The notes beneath the pieces are model-generated. The model searched no databases and was not told the origin of the DNA. It saw nothing but the letters and a program-made list of their open reading frames with translations. From Hyphochytrium catenoides (Eukaryota > Protista > Hyphochytriomycota), in the NCBI GenBank assembly GCA_900088475.1, contig FLMG01000988.1, positions 124,001-188,000 on the forward strand: 64,000 nt of DNA. The letters run 5' to 3'. Positions 12,253-26,249 of this stretch are shown in pieces. The translations under genes were made by a program, and so were the position numbers. Position 1 is the first letter of the stretch. Each line of letters starts with the position of its first letter.

Positions 12253-13610
12253 CTATTGCGAAGCCGCGGCTTGCCGCCGGTCTTCCACCAGCATATTCTT
12301 TATGAAAAACTCCCCAGCCTTGTAGCTTGAACGCACAAGGGGCCCACTGGCAACATAGCGGAAGCCCATCGACTCTCCTACGCGCTGCCACTCAGCGAAA
12401 GCCTCCGGCGTGACGTATTCTTTGACAGGCATGTGCTTCTTACTGGGTCGCAGGTATTGGCCGAACGTGACGACGTCAACCCCCGAGTTCCTTAAATCCT
12501 TCAAAGTTTGAAGCACATCTTCAGGCTTCTCTCCGACACCCAGCATCAAAGAAGTCTTCGTCAGCAAAGTAGCAACCTCAGCCTTGGCGTGCTCAAGCAC
12601 CGACAGTGACTGCCTATATCCTGTGCGCGAGAAGAGGTGAGCCATCCGCTTCCGGTAGGGTGGGAAAGTATCATTAAGCCATACCTGCCCGGTGATCGCG
12701 CACTCGACGCTGCAACTTCTCCACAGTCTCGACGTTGTGAGCATACACGTCCAGGCCCGATCGAGCTACGGCGCCAACGTGCTCCAGGTTGCCTCTAAAA
12801 TCCGGGGTGAGAGCTTCGACAAGCAAGTCTGGCTTCTTTAGCTTTAGTAGCCGTACGGTCTCTGCAATATGCGCTGAGCCTCCATCTGGCAAGTCGTCCC
12901 TATCTACACTAGTTAGCACTACGTAGTCCAGACCCCATCGGGATATTGCTTCTGCCACGTTCTCAGGCTAAGAGCAAGAGGAGAGGAGGATAGTTAGGTC
13001 GAAACGAGTATTCCCTGGCTTTCTACGAGCATCCTACCTCCTTGTTATTTAGCGGTGGAGGTGCCCGACTGGTTTTGACCCCACAGAAGCTGCAGCCTCT
13101 TGTGCAAGTATCTCCCATCAGCATTATGGTGGCAGTTGCTGTGCCATCCTTTCCTCCCCAGCACTCTCCAATGTTTGGACACCTTGCCTCTTCACAAACC
13201 GTGGCCAGTCCGAGTCTACGACACTGCTCTTAGCGGAATTGCCAGAAAACAGAAAGAACACTGACGCCCTTCACTCACCTCCGAACATCATCCCGAAGGC
13301 GCTTGTAATTTTCTGACGTAGTTGGTTGCGCTTTTAGCCAAGAGGGCTTCATGTTAGCAGACGATGGCCTCTTCGATGGCGATGAGGCATAGGGTGATAA
13401 CGTCAGCTCGTCCACACTAATGGCAAACTCGTGTAGTGTAGGCCCTGCCTCAGCTTCTTCCGCCAGTTTCTGTCGAAGCTCCTGTAATCGACTTCTCTTC
13501 ACCATGCTATCGGGTGACTCTTGGGCTGAGTGTGCCTGTGCCAATACTGCTGGACTGGTGCAATAACAGCGTTGCTGCCGCAGGGGCAGTCTCAGACACA
13601 CCTTCCTCAT
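12253..13610 (-). CDS. LIAS: Lipoyl synthase, mitochondrial (radical SAM), 4 exons
   Basis: [13 protein letters not shown] (CX4CX5C) and CTRGCSFC (CX3CX2C) motifs, plus [25 protein letters not shown] and [13 protein letters not shown]. Basic N-terminal presequence. Confidence 0.97.
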
Positions 13611-14068
13611 GCTATTCATAAGTCTGACTTCAGTCACTTATCTCCACAAGGTAGTCCAGCCTGTCTGGTTGCTGAGAAATATTGTCTTTGACGAGCTGGA
13701 CGCGCTGCTTGGAAGGGCATTGCATTGCACAGTTGGCGGTACGCACGCCATCAAGAGCGGGGATCACCATCCTCTAAACACAGCATTTTCGCCTCACCCA
13801 CAGTACCTTCTTAGTAGTTTAATACCTTGCAACATCAGAGAGTTATCAACCTCATTGTCCTATTTTTGTTCTGACAAGCAAGGAGGAAGGGAGATTGGCT
13901 TCTTATTAGTACTCCATATTACTGTACGAGTAGCAGTATTTCACAGCATTGCTGTGCTGTACAGTACTGTAGCCGCTAACGTCTCAAACAAAAGTCTATT
14001 TATTCGTAAATAGCACGTGGATTATAAGGAATTAAACTAGAAGAAGTTGTAACGATTCCGATTGTGGA

Positions 14069-14290
14069 TGGCGGGAACTTGAGCCAAAGGTGGCGGGAAA
14101 GGTGTTGAGCAAAGCTTCAGTTTGAGTCACCGCTCCGCCAATAGCAAGCGATCTCCAGATAGAGCTTCGTCACGAATCGGCTCCGCGTTATCTGAGCTCT
14201 AGACGATGCTACGAGCTCCAACCTAGCGTTGAAGGCGAAGTCAGGTTATCAGGATACACACCAGAGAAAGCTGTCTAACCGTTTGGCGGG
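14069..14290. promoter_or_regulatory. Three E2F-like sites upstream of NSE1
   Basis: tggcgggaac (14069), tggcgggaaa (14091) and tttggcggg (14282) match the TTTSSCGC/GGCGGGAAA consensus and lie in front of a DNA repair/replication gene. Confidence 0.5.
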
Positions 14291-14302
14291 TTATAAGACA
14301 TC

Positions 14303-15697
14303 ATGGCTCTTGGTGTCGAACATCATTTGCGTGCGAAGCACAAAGTGCTCATCCAACTGTTAATGGTAAAGTTAACTTTGCGAAGCTATTTTGTCGCCTA
14401 AAACTAAGCAATGCTTAGGCCAGACATGTCATGCAAGAGGAAGAGCTACAGCGGTGCTTCAAGCAGATATCAGAGATACCCGGTATCGCTAAACTTTGGA
14501 GTTCGTTATGCCTATCACCATTCACTTACAAAGCTCTTCTCGAAGATGATCATAATGACGAGGACACTCAGAACAGCTTGCCCGGCCAAGCGGACGAAGT
14601 CCTCGAAATAAGTATCGAACGGATTAACCGAGCGCTAAAACTAGCGGAGATGGGAATCAGGCATGGCGTTTATGACGTCGACGGCAAGACCTACTATGCC
14701 CTTGTGAACCTGGTACGTGGGCACATATTTAACGCCGCGCTTCCCGTGTCTCTCTAACTGTTGGGCCTTACGTGGCTTCAACGATGTAGGAGAACGATGA
14801 TGTTTCAAAAAAAATCACATCTTACAAGCCCAAGTACGATTTTGCTACGATCCATGCTTACAGGATCACGAGCATCGCCTAACGTCCCGACGTTCTGTCC
14901 TTCTCTCCTCTTTCTCCACTGTACAACGTTTTGCCTAATGCCTCGTCAACTCTAGTGAAACCGAGATCTTCAGGAAAACTTTCACGGAGATTGCCAACAG
15001 GTACCTGTCGCCACCTTCTCTTCACATGTGAAGTACGGCTAACGACATTTATGCGGATCACAGTGAGACGGGCACGGTAGATGACATCACAGTCTTCAAT
15101 CTGCGTGGCAAAGAGAGCATCGATGTATGTCGCATGACGGTGTTTCTCTGACAAACGGGCTACAAGACTCATTGCCATTTCTCGTTCCCATAGGCGGTCC
15201 GGGATTTAGTCACGCGATGGATAAACGAAAAGTGGCTTCAGGTCTGTAAGATGCATGCACCTGTAACCCTTCTTGCTGTGTTCACCTACACTGATTTGTT
15301 ATGCCATACTCTTGTCTCTATCGTCCAGCATCCATTCTCTCTCTGCCTCCTCTCTCAACCATCCTTACCCCGATGACTCCAACCTTTCTGCAGGTGGTCA
15401 AGCAGAGACCCAGAACGTTTACCCTGGGCCCTCGGGCACACCTAGAACTCTTCCACCAAATCAGAGAATCTGGTGTGCCTGAGTGCACTATCTGCCACGT
15501 CGATGTTCTCTTTGTAAGTGTTGAAGACCCAGGGAGTCTTGACGCTAGCTTATACCTCGTATGTATTATTGTAGGGTGAAAATTGCAAGAATGGTTCCTG
15601 CAGTGTGAGGCTACATGCCTACTGTCGCCGACGATGGATGGCGGGACGAGCAAGCCAATGCCCTTCATGCTCTACAGTGTGGGAAGAGGATGACTAG
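14303..15697 (+). CDS. NSE1: SMC5/6 complex non-SMC element 1 (winged-helix + RING-like E3), multi-exon
   Basis: HKVLIQLLM|ARHVM...IERINRAL..YYALVNL, then LVTRWINEKWLQ and FTLGPRAHLEL. The C-terminal RING variant reads CTICHVDVLF|GENCKNGSCSVRLHAYC...CPSCSTVW, ending in TAG. Confidence 0.9.
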
Positions 15698-15762
15698 TGG
15701 AAGAGACGACAAGTAGAGAGTCTTCGTCATTTGAATGTTCCTAGCTTCAGTCGCCCTGGTCC

Positions 15763-18700
15763 TCAAGCCCGGGCCCTTGCAGCTAAGAGCTCGATGATCT
15801 CTTCCAGCTTCTTTAATTTTTGCGCGTTGAGTACAATTTCCTCACTGACCCTTTGGTCCAAGGACTCCAGTGTGTACGTCAGGTGGAGCAGTAAGATCAG
15901 GAATAGAACTCCAAGGACCGCGGTGAGACTGCTCACATTTAGTCCTAGAAGGAAGAGAACGAGAAGACATAGACAGAGAAAGGGCAGCTGTGAGAAGCTA
16001 CTATGTTTTTCCCTCTTTCTTGTCTTACTGTCCACCTACCGGGTAATACATTCCTTATCAGTTCCGCGTAGGCGTTCTGTGTCATTACTGGGATGGTGCC
16101 GGAAGCCTTTCTGGTCTCAAAACCTGATGCTAGACGATACAAGTAGACGGTGGTGTATGAAGTCCAGGGAGGATAGCAGATAAAGCAACCAATATACCTT
16201 GAAGAATTTGTTTTGCTCCTGTTTCCTTACTCTCTTCCTTAGAGGGGGACACAGCTCTCCCATCTTTTAGCTTTTGGGGCAGCTCTGTCTCAGTCACAAA
16301 CTGTATCCACCGCTTAAATTGGTCCTTGATCTCTGCCTTGCTGTTACTCTCAATTTGCTTCTTCAGCCAAGTTGACTTATTGAACAAAATGACAGCTGCC
16401 AGCTGGGCCTTGACAGCTTTTGCTTCCGTGCGAGTAAAGACGTAACGTAGCTATTGTCCACAGAGCGGAGGGAGGCCCATTGGGAAGATAAAGGAAGAGC
16501 TACTGATGAGCATGGAGTAAGAAGGATGAGAAGGTAGTAGTCAATAAGCACTATACAGATGCATAGGGAGGGGATTGATGATAAAGGGTAGAGAAGGGAG
16601 TAAGCGAACAGGCTTAAAGCAACACAGACCTCGACGTAAAAATGATCGCAGTAAGGCACATCTGAGAATGTGTTGGTCATGCTCAGGATCAGGCGATCTT
16701 TGAAAGGCTCTCCCTGGTGGCGATAACGCTGGACCTGTTACAGGAGCATTGAGCATTGATGGAGAGACAGAAGCAAAATCAGAAGAGTGATCGGTCCAGG
16801 GTACATCCTCTGAAAGGCAAGCTAAGGACACACAGTGAATTTGGGCACCAACGTTAGAGAAAAAGAACGCGGTAACAGATTCATCAAGGACCGACAGAGA
16901 ATGAGATATAAGATAAGCTCTGGAGAATCTAGCAATATAATTCTTCAGCTGTCGACGTCAGGTGAAGGAGGGCGCGTATGGTTGCAGATACATTGAGAGG
17001 GGAGAGCTGAGACCTCACTCACCGTCTTTGTGGGAACGGTCTTCGGGCCCAGGCTGAAGCCCTGCCGATTGAACTTGAACTGAAGTTCCCTCTGAGCCAG
17101 AAAGATCTCCTTTCTCTCTCCCACAGAGTGGGTGACCTCCCCTAAGGTTCACAGAGCATCATCTCTCTTGAAAGGTTTTGTCGCTGTCTTCGACACCTCC
17201 AACGAAATCAAGCACCTCCCCCAACGTCACCGTAGGTCCCTATTCCCTACTTCTGCAGCTACTTCCGTCTCTACAAGACATCTTCCTTGTCCAATCGCTT
17301 CTCTACTCTGCTTGTCTCTCATTCTTCTTTCCGCTGCCCTCCACTCTCGTTGTCGCGTACCTTCTACCCAAGGTGTGGTGGTGAGGTCAGTAGCCCCTTG
17401 AGACCTAAGACAATCCTCATAGGAGCTGGAGGAAGCGCCCCAGAGTAGGTCGAAGCATTCTTTCACGCTTATGTTCAGCACAGTCTGTAGACAGGAGAAA
17501 GCGAAACGACTGTTAAGCTGAGGCAGAAAGAGGCCTTACAAGCCAGAGGGGAAAGGAGCTCACTGGACAATAGCACAAAATGAAGGTGAATGTGCTCTAC
17601 TAAGGTCAAAAGGAATCTTCTCAGCGTAACATTCAAAGAGCGAGATAGAACTCTGCCGTGACTTATACCTCCTCCAGCACTTCCATACTTAACAGCCCTG
17701 GATCTGGAGAGAGAATAACTTCTTTCTCGTTTCCTGAGCTCTTTGTACAGGCTTGTGCGTCGTTGGATTCCTTCTTCAGTTCTGTGTCTCCACACTCGGA
17801 CGGAGGAGATGCTTCACTTCTAGCAGGATCTCTAGTCTCAGCTGCCTTCACGAGGACCCTCAAGCCCTTGCTGACTTCCCAGACTCTCATTATAGAGGCA
17901 AAGCAGTCTTCACGGAATAGGAAACTAAAAAAGCCAAGCAAGAGCGATCCAGCTTTAGGGAATATCTTCTTGTCAACACTCTGCTTCTGCGTCCTCTTAC
18001 ATTTCTATTCTCTGTGGCTGTTCTCAGCACCCTCTTTCTCTCCTTTGTAGGACCTTCCTTTTCGTTTTTATACCCTAGTCCTTAACACCTGAGTCTTATT
18101 ATCTACCTGTTCATTTCAACTTTGCCCCTACTAAGGCCTGTTTGCTTACCTGGAGAAGAAATGAGCGTTTCCATCCGCTGTTATAATCTCTAGGGCGTTC
18201 GGCACGATGAGAGCGCTGTTCTTCTTCTCGAGGCTGACAATATTTTTGACCGCGATTATCTGAAGGCATAAATGGAGAGAGCAGTGAAAAGTAAGGAGCC
18301 TCCTGTGTCATTTGTGGCATCGTTCCTCCACTTCTATACCTCCTTATAATCCCCCCAACCGGCAAAACAAAGCGAGTCCTTGCAGAGATATAGCCGCCCG
18401 TGGGACAAGAAGCCAGAGATATATTTGGCGCAGCTATAGCTAACAATAAGCTGGACAGAAGACTGCAGACCAAAGATCTCTTGAAACTCCTTTGACTCCG
18501 CTGTGAAATGCGTAAGAATGAAGAATGTGAGGCCCACCGCAAACTTTCTGGAGGCCAGGAGACAGAGATTTGGGCATTGCAAGCGCAGTAACAGAGTCTC
18601 ATGTGAGCCCACAAGGAAAAATGCGGTTGTAAGCAAAGGTTAAGGACAGCAGGCAAAGGGCTGGTAAAGAGAGGAAGAACTATAGCCTTATGAGATTCCG

Positions 18701-21700
18701 AGTAGGTCTGAACAGTCGTCTCAGGCACTACATACCATCTGTGACACTGCTACATTTCAGTTGTGAGGCCATAGAAGGCAGGACGAGGGACACAGGTGAA
18801 AGGGGTGAGAAAGTACGGCGGGAAGCTTAGGTAGCCGGAGCGACAAGGAGGGCATTCCCGAAAAAAGAAAGAGACTATTTATAAAGCTCCGAAGGGACGA
18901 CAACAGAGACGAAGAGACCCAGACTACGCTTTACAGTCGGGATTGCCAAACTCCACAGATAAGTTCTGGGCCCTAAGCACTCGATTGGTTGAGCGATGGA
19001 AGATTACCTCTTGCCCTGGGACAGGAAATCACTGCCTTCAGCGTTTTTCTTCCTCCGCGGTGCTATTCAATGGAAGGTGAAAAGAGGGAAGCGAGCAGCC
19101 AGTATTTAGCCAAACCATACCATAGAAGTCGCAAGAAGAATGCTGATCATGCCGTAGTGCGAACAGAGTGACTATTTTTTAGAGGCAGTAATTGGGGAGG
19201 AGAATGCAGTTTTGATATTAAGGGCAGCGGCAGAAGAAGGGTTGTTGGCGCCGAATTGATTTCGTACCCAGTTCAGTGTTCCCTTCGCTGCCTGCGCTCC
19301 CAATCTCCATTTGGTCAGACACTCCAACACTCTGTCGCTCATCGCGATCAGCTTTACCCGTCGGGAATAGTGTTAGTTGAAATCAGCTAGCGTAAGTTGG
19401 TGGAGACGGCCACCCGTGAAATGACGAGACTCATCAAGAAGGCAGGTGTGGGAGGATAGAATTTGGGGCTCTCTACCTCCTAGCCGTAGGATCTTCTCTG
19501 CTTCCTCCTTCTCCCTAACGTTAGCCTTCTTAGACTGGCTTTTGCTGCTCCCAGTAGAGCCAACAGACTGACCATCCCTGGCAGCGACCTCGTTCTTGGC
19601 TGCAAAAGGTGCTGCAGAGGGTGCTGCTAGGAAGTGAAATGTTACTTGACAGACTAACTATAAGCGAAACGATGACACTCTGCTCACAATGCCCTTCATC
19701 TAGCCTTTAGAAGCCCACCTCAAAGGGACGTCCTCCGCAGGGACGATGGACTCCCCCTTCCTGTTCGGTGCTCTTGGCTCTCCCCCTCGTCAACCCTCTT
19801 ACTTCCCCTCTTCTACAAACAGTCTGATAGTGCTTACCGAGTGTAGACTCTTGCTCTATCTGCTTAGCCACAGTTCCTTGACCTCCTTGTCTGATCCGAA
19901 ACGCCTGCACCAGGGGCCCGCTTTTGTCTTCGCACTTTGCCTGACCGAAGTAACATTTAGGGCTACAAGTGGTATTTCCTGTGTCACTCAATCGCGTCCC
20001 TTCTCTTATGCCTGCCCCACTCCATGCCTATCGGACGGTCCCTTATCATCTGTCATCATATTTTAAAATAGGACTTGGCGATTACCGCTCCATATTGTGG
20101 ATATGGTAAGGTGTTCCTGGCGATAAAGTCCATGAGATCCTCCCCAATGGCTACAGTGCGAACTGAGTCTTTCAGCTGGGTTATCGCTTCACCTAGGTCG
20201 TGGAGCCCTGTGACTGAAAATCGCACGGCGAAGCCACGGAAATAGCCAAAAAAAGGCACCTTTAGACTTAGTTCAAGCTTGAAAACATCCCTTGCTTTGC
20301 GTCTCTCATCCCCTCTGCCTCTCTCTCTCTCACTCTCTCTGTATCTCTCCCTCCCTCTCTTCTCTCTCTTCTCCCTCTCCCTCTCTTCCTGTTTCCCCTT
20401 AGCAGACATGAAGTTTTTGTTGAATTGACAAAGGAAAATCAGAAGAGGGGTGAGGCATGGAGGACAAAGCACTACGAAAGAAGCAAACCGAAGGCAAGCA
20501 AGAGAACCTTTGCATCTGCCGAACTCTTTAATGCAGACGAAGCAAGCTTTGACTCTCGCCGTTTCGCCCTGGTGGAGCTTCTGTACCTGGGACAGAAGCA
20601 GCTGCAGAGGGGAGAAGAAGAAGAAGAGACGGTCCACGGGTGAGTTTCGATTCTAAAGCTCTATAAGGGTTACTCCTTAACGGACGGAGTATAGCCTCCG
20701 CTCACCTCTTGATTGCCTTTGAGAGCATCATTAAGCTGCTGTGTGGCGGCCTTCAAGGATTCCTGAAGGATTTGCCGCTCTGATTGAATCTCCTTCACAA
20801 TGGACGTATGCTTTGAAATCCTCATGTCCTAAGGAAAGGTGAGAGAAGCAGAGGGTAATGCCGACACACAGCAAAAAGTGGCGAGGTATGAGAGAGGTCG
20901 GTGTAACTGCGATGCCATCTGTCCCTAGGATATTAACACCAGGCTGTGTGCCAAGAGTGAGGAAAGACTAGTTGTATGAGGTCCTAACAGGAGAACGGTT
21001 AAACCCAGGCTCAAGATACCTTACCAGCGTGTCCTCGGCACTGCCGCCTGCCGTTTTCGCTGCTGTGTCCTAGGACAGCAGTAGGCAAGGATTCAGCGCG
21101 TAAGTCCTGACCCTGGTTGCTCGATTGGAACACATCTAGCGTTACCTCTTTTTCTTTCTTCAATGTGCCGAGAAGGCCAAGCTCTCCTTGCAGCTCCTTA
21201 CTTTTCGTCTGTATTCAGCGTCATCACGAAGTAGAGACAAAGGAGATTGAGCTCTCCAGACACTTCTCGTTACGGAAAGGACAAAATGGTATAGCGCTAA
21301 CCGCCACAACTGGAGAGCTAAGTATAAAAGGCCTAGTTGGCCTGGCAACCACCTCACCTCTAGTTTAGTCTTCGTCCTGGCTCTGCTATAGGAAAACCCA
21401 TTGACGTCCTTCACAATCCTGTTATACTCCCGAGTAAGCTCTGTAACTATCGTGCTGTTCTCCTCCTAATCAAGGCCGCGATGATAGCGCATGCGACAAA
21501 ACTTAGAATTTTCGATACGGCAGTGGCTTGGCACAAAGGAGCCTCATAGATGGCAGAGGCAGAAAGCAAGGAACTTTGGTGGAGAGATCTGTGATACATA
21601 GGGACTGTGAGTGAGTGAAAGCGGGACAATGTACTGCCTCACCTGAAGCGCCGCCAGTCCAGAGCAAATCGGGTCGGTCGCAATCGCAGCTGTTTGCTAG

Positions 21701-24700
21701 AAGTACGAAGCGCTTATACTTAGTCCTCATGACACCATTTTAGGGGAGAAGCGCGCGTGTAGGCAAAAGAACCAATGTTGAAAGAGAAGAATTCTAGAGT
21801 CACAGGCAGCCACCTCGTGGGCTCTGGATTTAATCTCTAGAGCCTGGTTGACATCCTTCCAAGCAGCTCTGAGAGTACCACCTCCCTTCTGCAAAGAGGC
21901 TGCAAAGGCCGACGTTCCATCATACCTTACAAGGCGAAGGTAGAGGAGAGCATATAAGAGAACGAAATCATTGGGCGTGATTGAGTAACACATTGAGGGG
22001 TGCTGGTTCGGTGAAGGGTTTAGGGATAAGTTCATAGCGATGTAAGGGGTAGATAAGGATAAGTAGCAAAGAATGCCAATCACGTAGGGTTAAACAGGAT
22101 AGGTGGTCACTAACCCATAGGTGGCAACCAGCCTTTTCAATGTTTTTGCGTATTCCTCTTCGATGGCGATGCACTAAGAGGCGTTGAATCGCAATATAAG
22201 CCAAAGATTTCAGGGACAAAGCAAGGATCCTTAGTGAAAGACCAATGTCGTTCGAGCTTGCTTCTTTGTCCCTTCTGCTGCTCTTTCCATATGTTTGGTG
22301 TACCGTTGCCCTGTGCTCAAGTCTCTATCTCCATAATATCTACCCTCGTTGTCTTCGACTTAGTCCTTAATTGCTAGCACTTCCTTGCTCCACTTACCTG
22401 CACAAATAGCCCACTAATCGTCCTGACTCTGCCACCACTATCCTTGGTTCTCTTCAGCTGGCTCTCTACTTGCTTAGTGGTGACGGAGAAGATAGAATGT
22501 AAAATGTCGCAGCTGGTCTCCGTTTCCTTCTCCTTCTCCGCTTCCGGCACATTCGGCGTGGGTATGTCCATCTCCTTAGCGAAGGTTGCTGAAGCACAGT
22601 CGGTGATTGGAGAGATTTGTGACGGTAGGAAACCGAATCATGGAGTGAGCCAGGTAGCGGTAGGGCAGAAGCTATCTCAGAAAGCATGAATAGAGCATAA
22701 AGAACTTTGATAGTGACAGAATGACAGCGATTATGGCTGCCACCCTAACTGGCCATTATCACTACATGGCAAGGGATGGCCCCATAGTTAAGGCTTGTGC
22801 CTTACCGTCGATATTCACTTTCTCTAGGAAGCCAAGCATTGTGTCTCGTGCTTGTTGCAGCTATTGAAACAGAGGCAACGGCCAATGTGAGGAAGGAGGG
22901 AGTGCGTATGATGGATTCTTTGTTCCACTAGGAAAGTTGAAGTCACCGACCTGGGTTTGCGTGCTATCCATCGACTGGTAGGAATAAGGGTAAGAGCGTT
23001 GTATCAGCTTCGATGTATCATGCATTGAAAGGTTTGAGACGGCCATCATAGCAGAATAAGCTGCAACAATTTGAGTAGATAATAGAAGAATGATGATAGC
23101 TCGTGGCCGTGCTTACTGAGGTCAGCTCCTCCAGCGTTTGCTGTATGAGATGCAGACGGCGGACCTCCAGCGTCTGCAGACTGGTTAGATTTGCCCTAAG
23201 GCAAGCCTCCAAGCGGCTTTCCAGTGCCACGAAGGAGCTCACTGCGGCTTGGTATGAGGACTCAGAGAGGGCGAGGTCCTAATATGGGGTAGTCGTATAA
23301 AGGTGAGATAGAGAAAGGAACAACAAGAGAGAGCATGAGGAGGTGAGTGAGAGAGTTTCCAATTCTCACCTCCAGCGCTGTCTTGACCTTGGCTTCCATT
23401 CTTTCCATGCTGGGACGGCCTAGTTGGGTGCTATCCAGCATTTTGAAAAAAAGATTGGAAGCACCCTGCAGGCATAAGAAAGGTCAGCAGAGGTGAATAG
23501 GGCTGGCGCCGTGGGAGAGATCGGGAGGCGTTAGTGAAGAAAGAAGGCTCAGACCTGCTTAAGGCTGCTTTCTTCTGCTCCGAGACTTTTGCCTTTCGGA
23601 TCTTTCTCCTTTTCTTTCTCCGCCATTCTGACTGCCTCATCCTGCTCTCTCTCCAGTCTCTCCTTCGCTGCAAGAGATGATTCCGCTTCCTTGCACGACT
23701 TTTCATACCTTCATTTAATAGAGCACTAGTAAGTAGTCATGAAAGAACTTGCCCACGAGCAGCTTCTACTTTGTCTCAAGAACGTTCTTCCTTAGTCTTA
23801 GGCAATGGTTCTGCTTTGCATGTTGTCCCTTAACCCTTAGGCCTTCTCCTGTAGAATACGCCTCTCCGATACCCTTTATGCACGCTTACTTTGTCTTGGT
23901 CCTCTGCAATGTGGCTTTAGCTGTCTCATGCTCAAGAAGCAGCTTTTGGCCCTCTGAAAGAGAAACGAGAGCGGAGAGAAGCTAGTCCTTAGGTATTTGT
24001 ACGAGAAGGAGTAGGTGGAAGATTGAGGGGAGATATCCCAGTCGGTGTCTTGCTACCTGAGGTCAAGTGCATCATCTGTGCTCTAAGATCCGATGCCTGT
24101 GACTGGAGCTTTGCCAAGAGGGCTCCGGAGCTCTCTGACCCCTCCTGCAGCGTACATTGTTTTAGTAAAGCAGGAACAGCGAATTTGGGACGGACAGTAG
24201 CAGAAAGGTATGCTGCCCTGCTTCCGACGGTAATGGGACCTTACAGCGTAGGACTTGCTATAGCTTTTTAAGTAACCAAGCATCGAATCCCAGGCAGCTT
24301 TTAGTTCAGTACAGGTGTCCTCATACTCCGGGGTTGCCCTGTGCAGGAGAAATAGTCAAGAAGAGTCAGGCAAAGACACGGACAGAGAAAAGGAACCAGA
24401 CGACTGTAGGTAGATATAGGTAGAAAGGCGAGGTAGAGCAAGATGTAAGTAGGAAGAAGTCGGAAGAGTGGCCCCGCATCAGTTTAAGATATCACATGAA
24501 GTCTTAAAGACAGAGAAAGGATACAAAGGACATGATATAACTTCTTGTTCGGTGCGACTTACTTAAGGAGCTTGTTCCAGCTCTTGCCATACTGGTCATC
24601 TGCATACTTCATGTCCTAAAGAACACTGTCGTGAGACTCCACCACTGTGAAACTGCTCGTTGTCTCGAGCAGAGTTTGCGTCTAACCTACCTGTAAAAAC

Positions 24701-25228
24701 TCCAAGAGGGACTTGCATGCCCTCACTCCATCCTGGGCGCGGCCAAGTGCAGCTTGGTAGTTGCCCATCAAGTTCTTCGCGTACGTATATGCTGCAAGAA
24801 AACGTCATTTGGTTGATGTGGGCAAATAAAACCTCAAACAACCTGTCGTACCCTCGGGAGCAGGAGGCCCTGTCGTAGAGGGAAGGTTTTCGGCCTGCTG
24901 AAGTAAAAGGAAGGGTTAGCCTTCGAGTACACTCCCCAAGATGGAGAGAGGCACTCTGTCGCGAGTAATCTGCAAACATACTTTAGGCACTATAGCCTCT
25001 CCAGACGATTGCGTGGCCTCTCCAGACGATTGCGTGGTCATTCTGCCACCGTTGTCGCTAGACAACTCCTTGGGCGTGTTATCCTTCTCACGGTTGTCAG
25101 AGGCACTTTGTGCTGTACGGTTTTTGAAGATCGGTCAAAGGCCTGTCATACAGTGCTGAGCGATAAGTAGGACTCTTACCACGAGTACCCACTTCAACAA
25201 CAGGTATCTGGGCCTGAGGTGTGGCCAT
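15763..25228 (-). CDS. Large multi-exon Lam/GRAMD1(Aster)-like lipid-transfer protein: two F-BAR domains, GRAM, VASt (StART-like), C-terminal TM and coiled coil
   Basis: F-BAR 1: ELKAAWDSMLGYL and KYEKSCKEAE. F-BAR 2: IEEEYAKTLKRL, GTLRAAWKDV..EIKSRAHE and IGEDLMDFI. GRAM: FQEIFGL..YSCA..HGRLYLCKDSLCF..FLFREDCF. VASt: LNISVKECFDLLW, DLTTTPW, FSDVPYCDHFYVE and FNKSTWLKKQIES. Hydrophobic C-terminus. The exact exon set is approximate. Confidence 0.82.
24995..25036. repeat. Perfect 21-bp tandem duplication within an exon (encodes TQSSGEA x2 on the minus strand)
   Basis: gcctctccagacgattgcgtg occurs twice in tandem. Confidence 0.85.
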
Positions 25229-26249
25229 GCTGCTTCACCGGTAACTCTCTGTCTTCTTCTTCTTACCTACCTTCCTCTCAATACAAAGGGCTGCGTCCTT
25301 GGCTGGAGAAGGAAGAAGAAGATCTTCGGCGGCGATGTTTGGTCTGACATGCAGGGCGTCCGCGATACGTGCCCCAGACGGGGCCACGAGTTCAAGTGCA
25401 ACTCGTCTCTCCTCGCGCCCTCGCCGCGGCTCAGCTTCTGACGATCCTGTAACACCCAAACTCTTGGGACCCTAGAGTACCCGCTAACGGCCTGTAAGAG
25501 CTGGAACTGTTTCTTTTTTCTATGAGTACAAAGCGCCTTTTATGTCAAGAGAACTCTGGGATTAACGTGGACTTCTGACGGTTTCTTTCGGACCAGTGGT
25601 ATAAAACCAAGAACAACCCACAAGCTGGAAGAATGCAATAGTTCTGTTATGGGGAAAAAATAAAACACCGTTTTAGGACAGAACAAATGGCCGGAAGGAT
25701 TCACCTTTGAAAGGAGCCATCAGTGGTTGAAAAGTAATTCAGTGGTATATATCCATCTGTGCGTAATTGTTGTTGCCTGAACGGTGCTGTACAACGCCAG
25801 TAACTGGCCGTGTGATGAACGGACACTCGACCGCAACGGGAAAGTCATCGGGAGCAGTCCCATAGGCCCGTAGCCGAGAAGAATCCATCAAGATCAAGAG
25901 CAGCACAATCAGTACGGTCCAGTTCCTACCCTTGCCTTTGCCAGCATTAGCTTCACGCTTGACCATCGTCTGGTCGATCAAAAGCTTTGCTACACAAGGC
26001 TCCATCGGCGTAGGGTCACCACCTCCTCCATACTGAGACGGCTCCTTCGCTTTTCTGTTGGACCTAGGCTGGTTATGGAAAGCACTGGGTCGACCTGGCT
26101 GTGAGCATCGTCTAGCAAACGAACTGATAGTATCAACCATATTCTCCACAGACGGGAGCCTCCTTGTTGCACTTCTCTTTTCAGAGACTAAAGCGCTGGC
26201 AGTTGCTACAAGGCTTAGGAAGGGCTCTTGTTCAAATCCCCATTCCACC

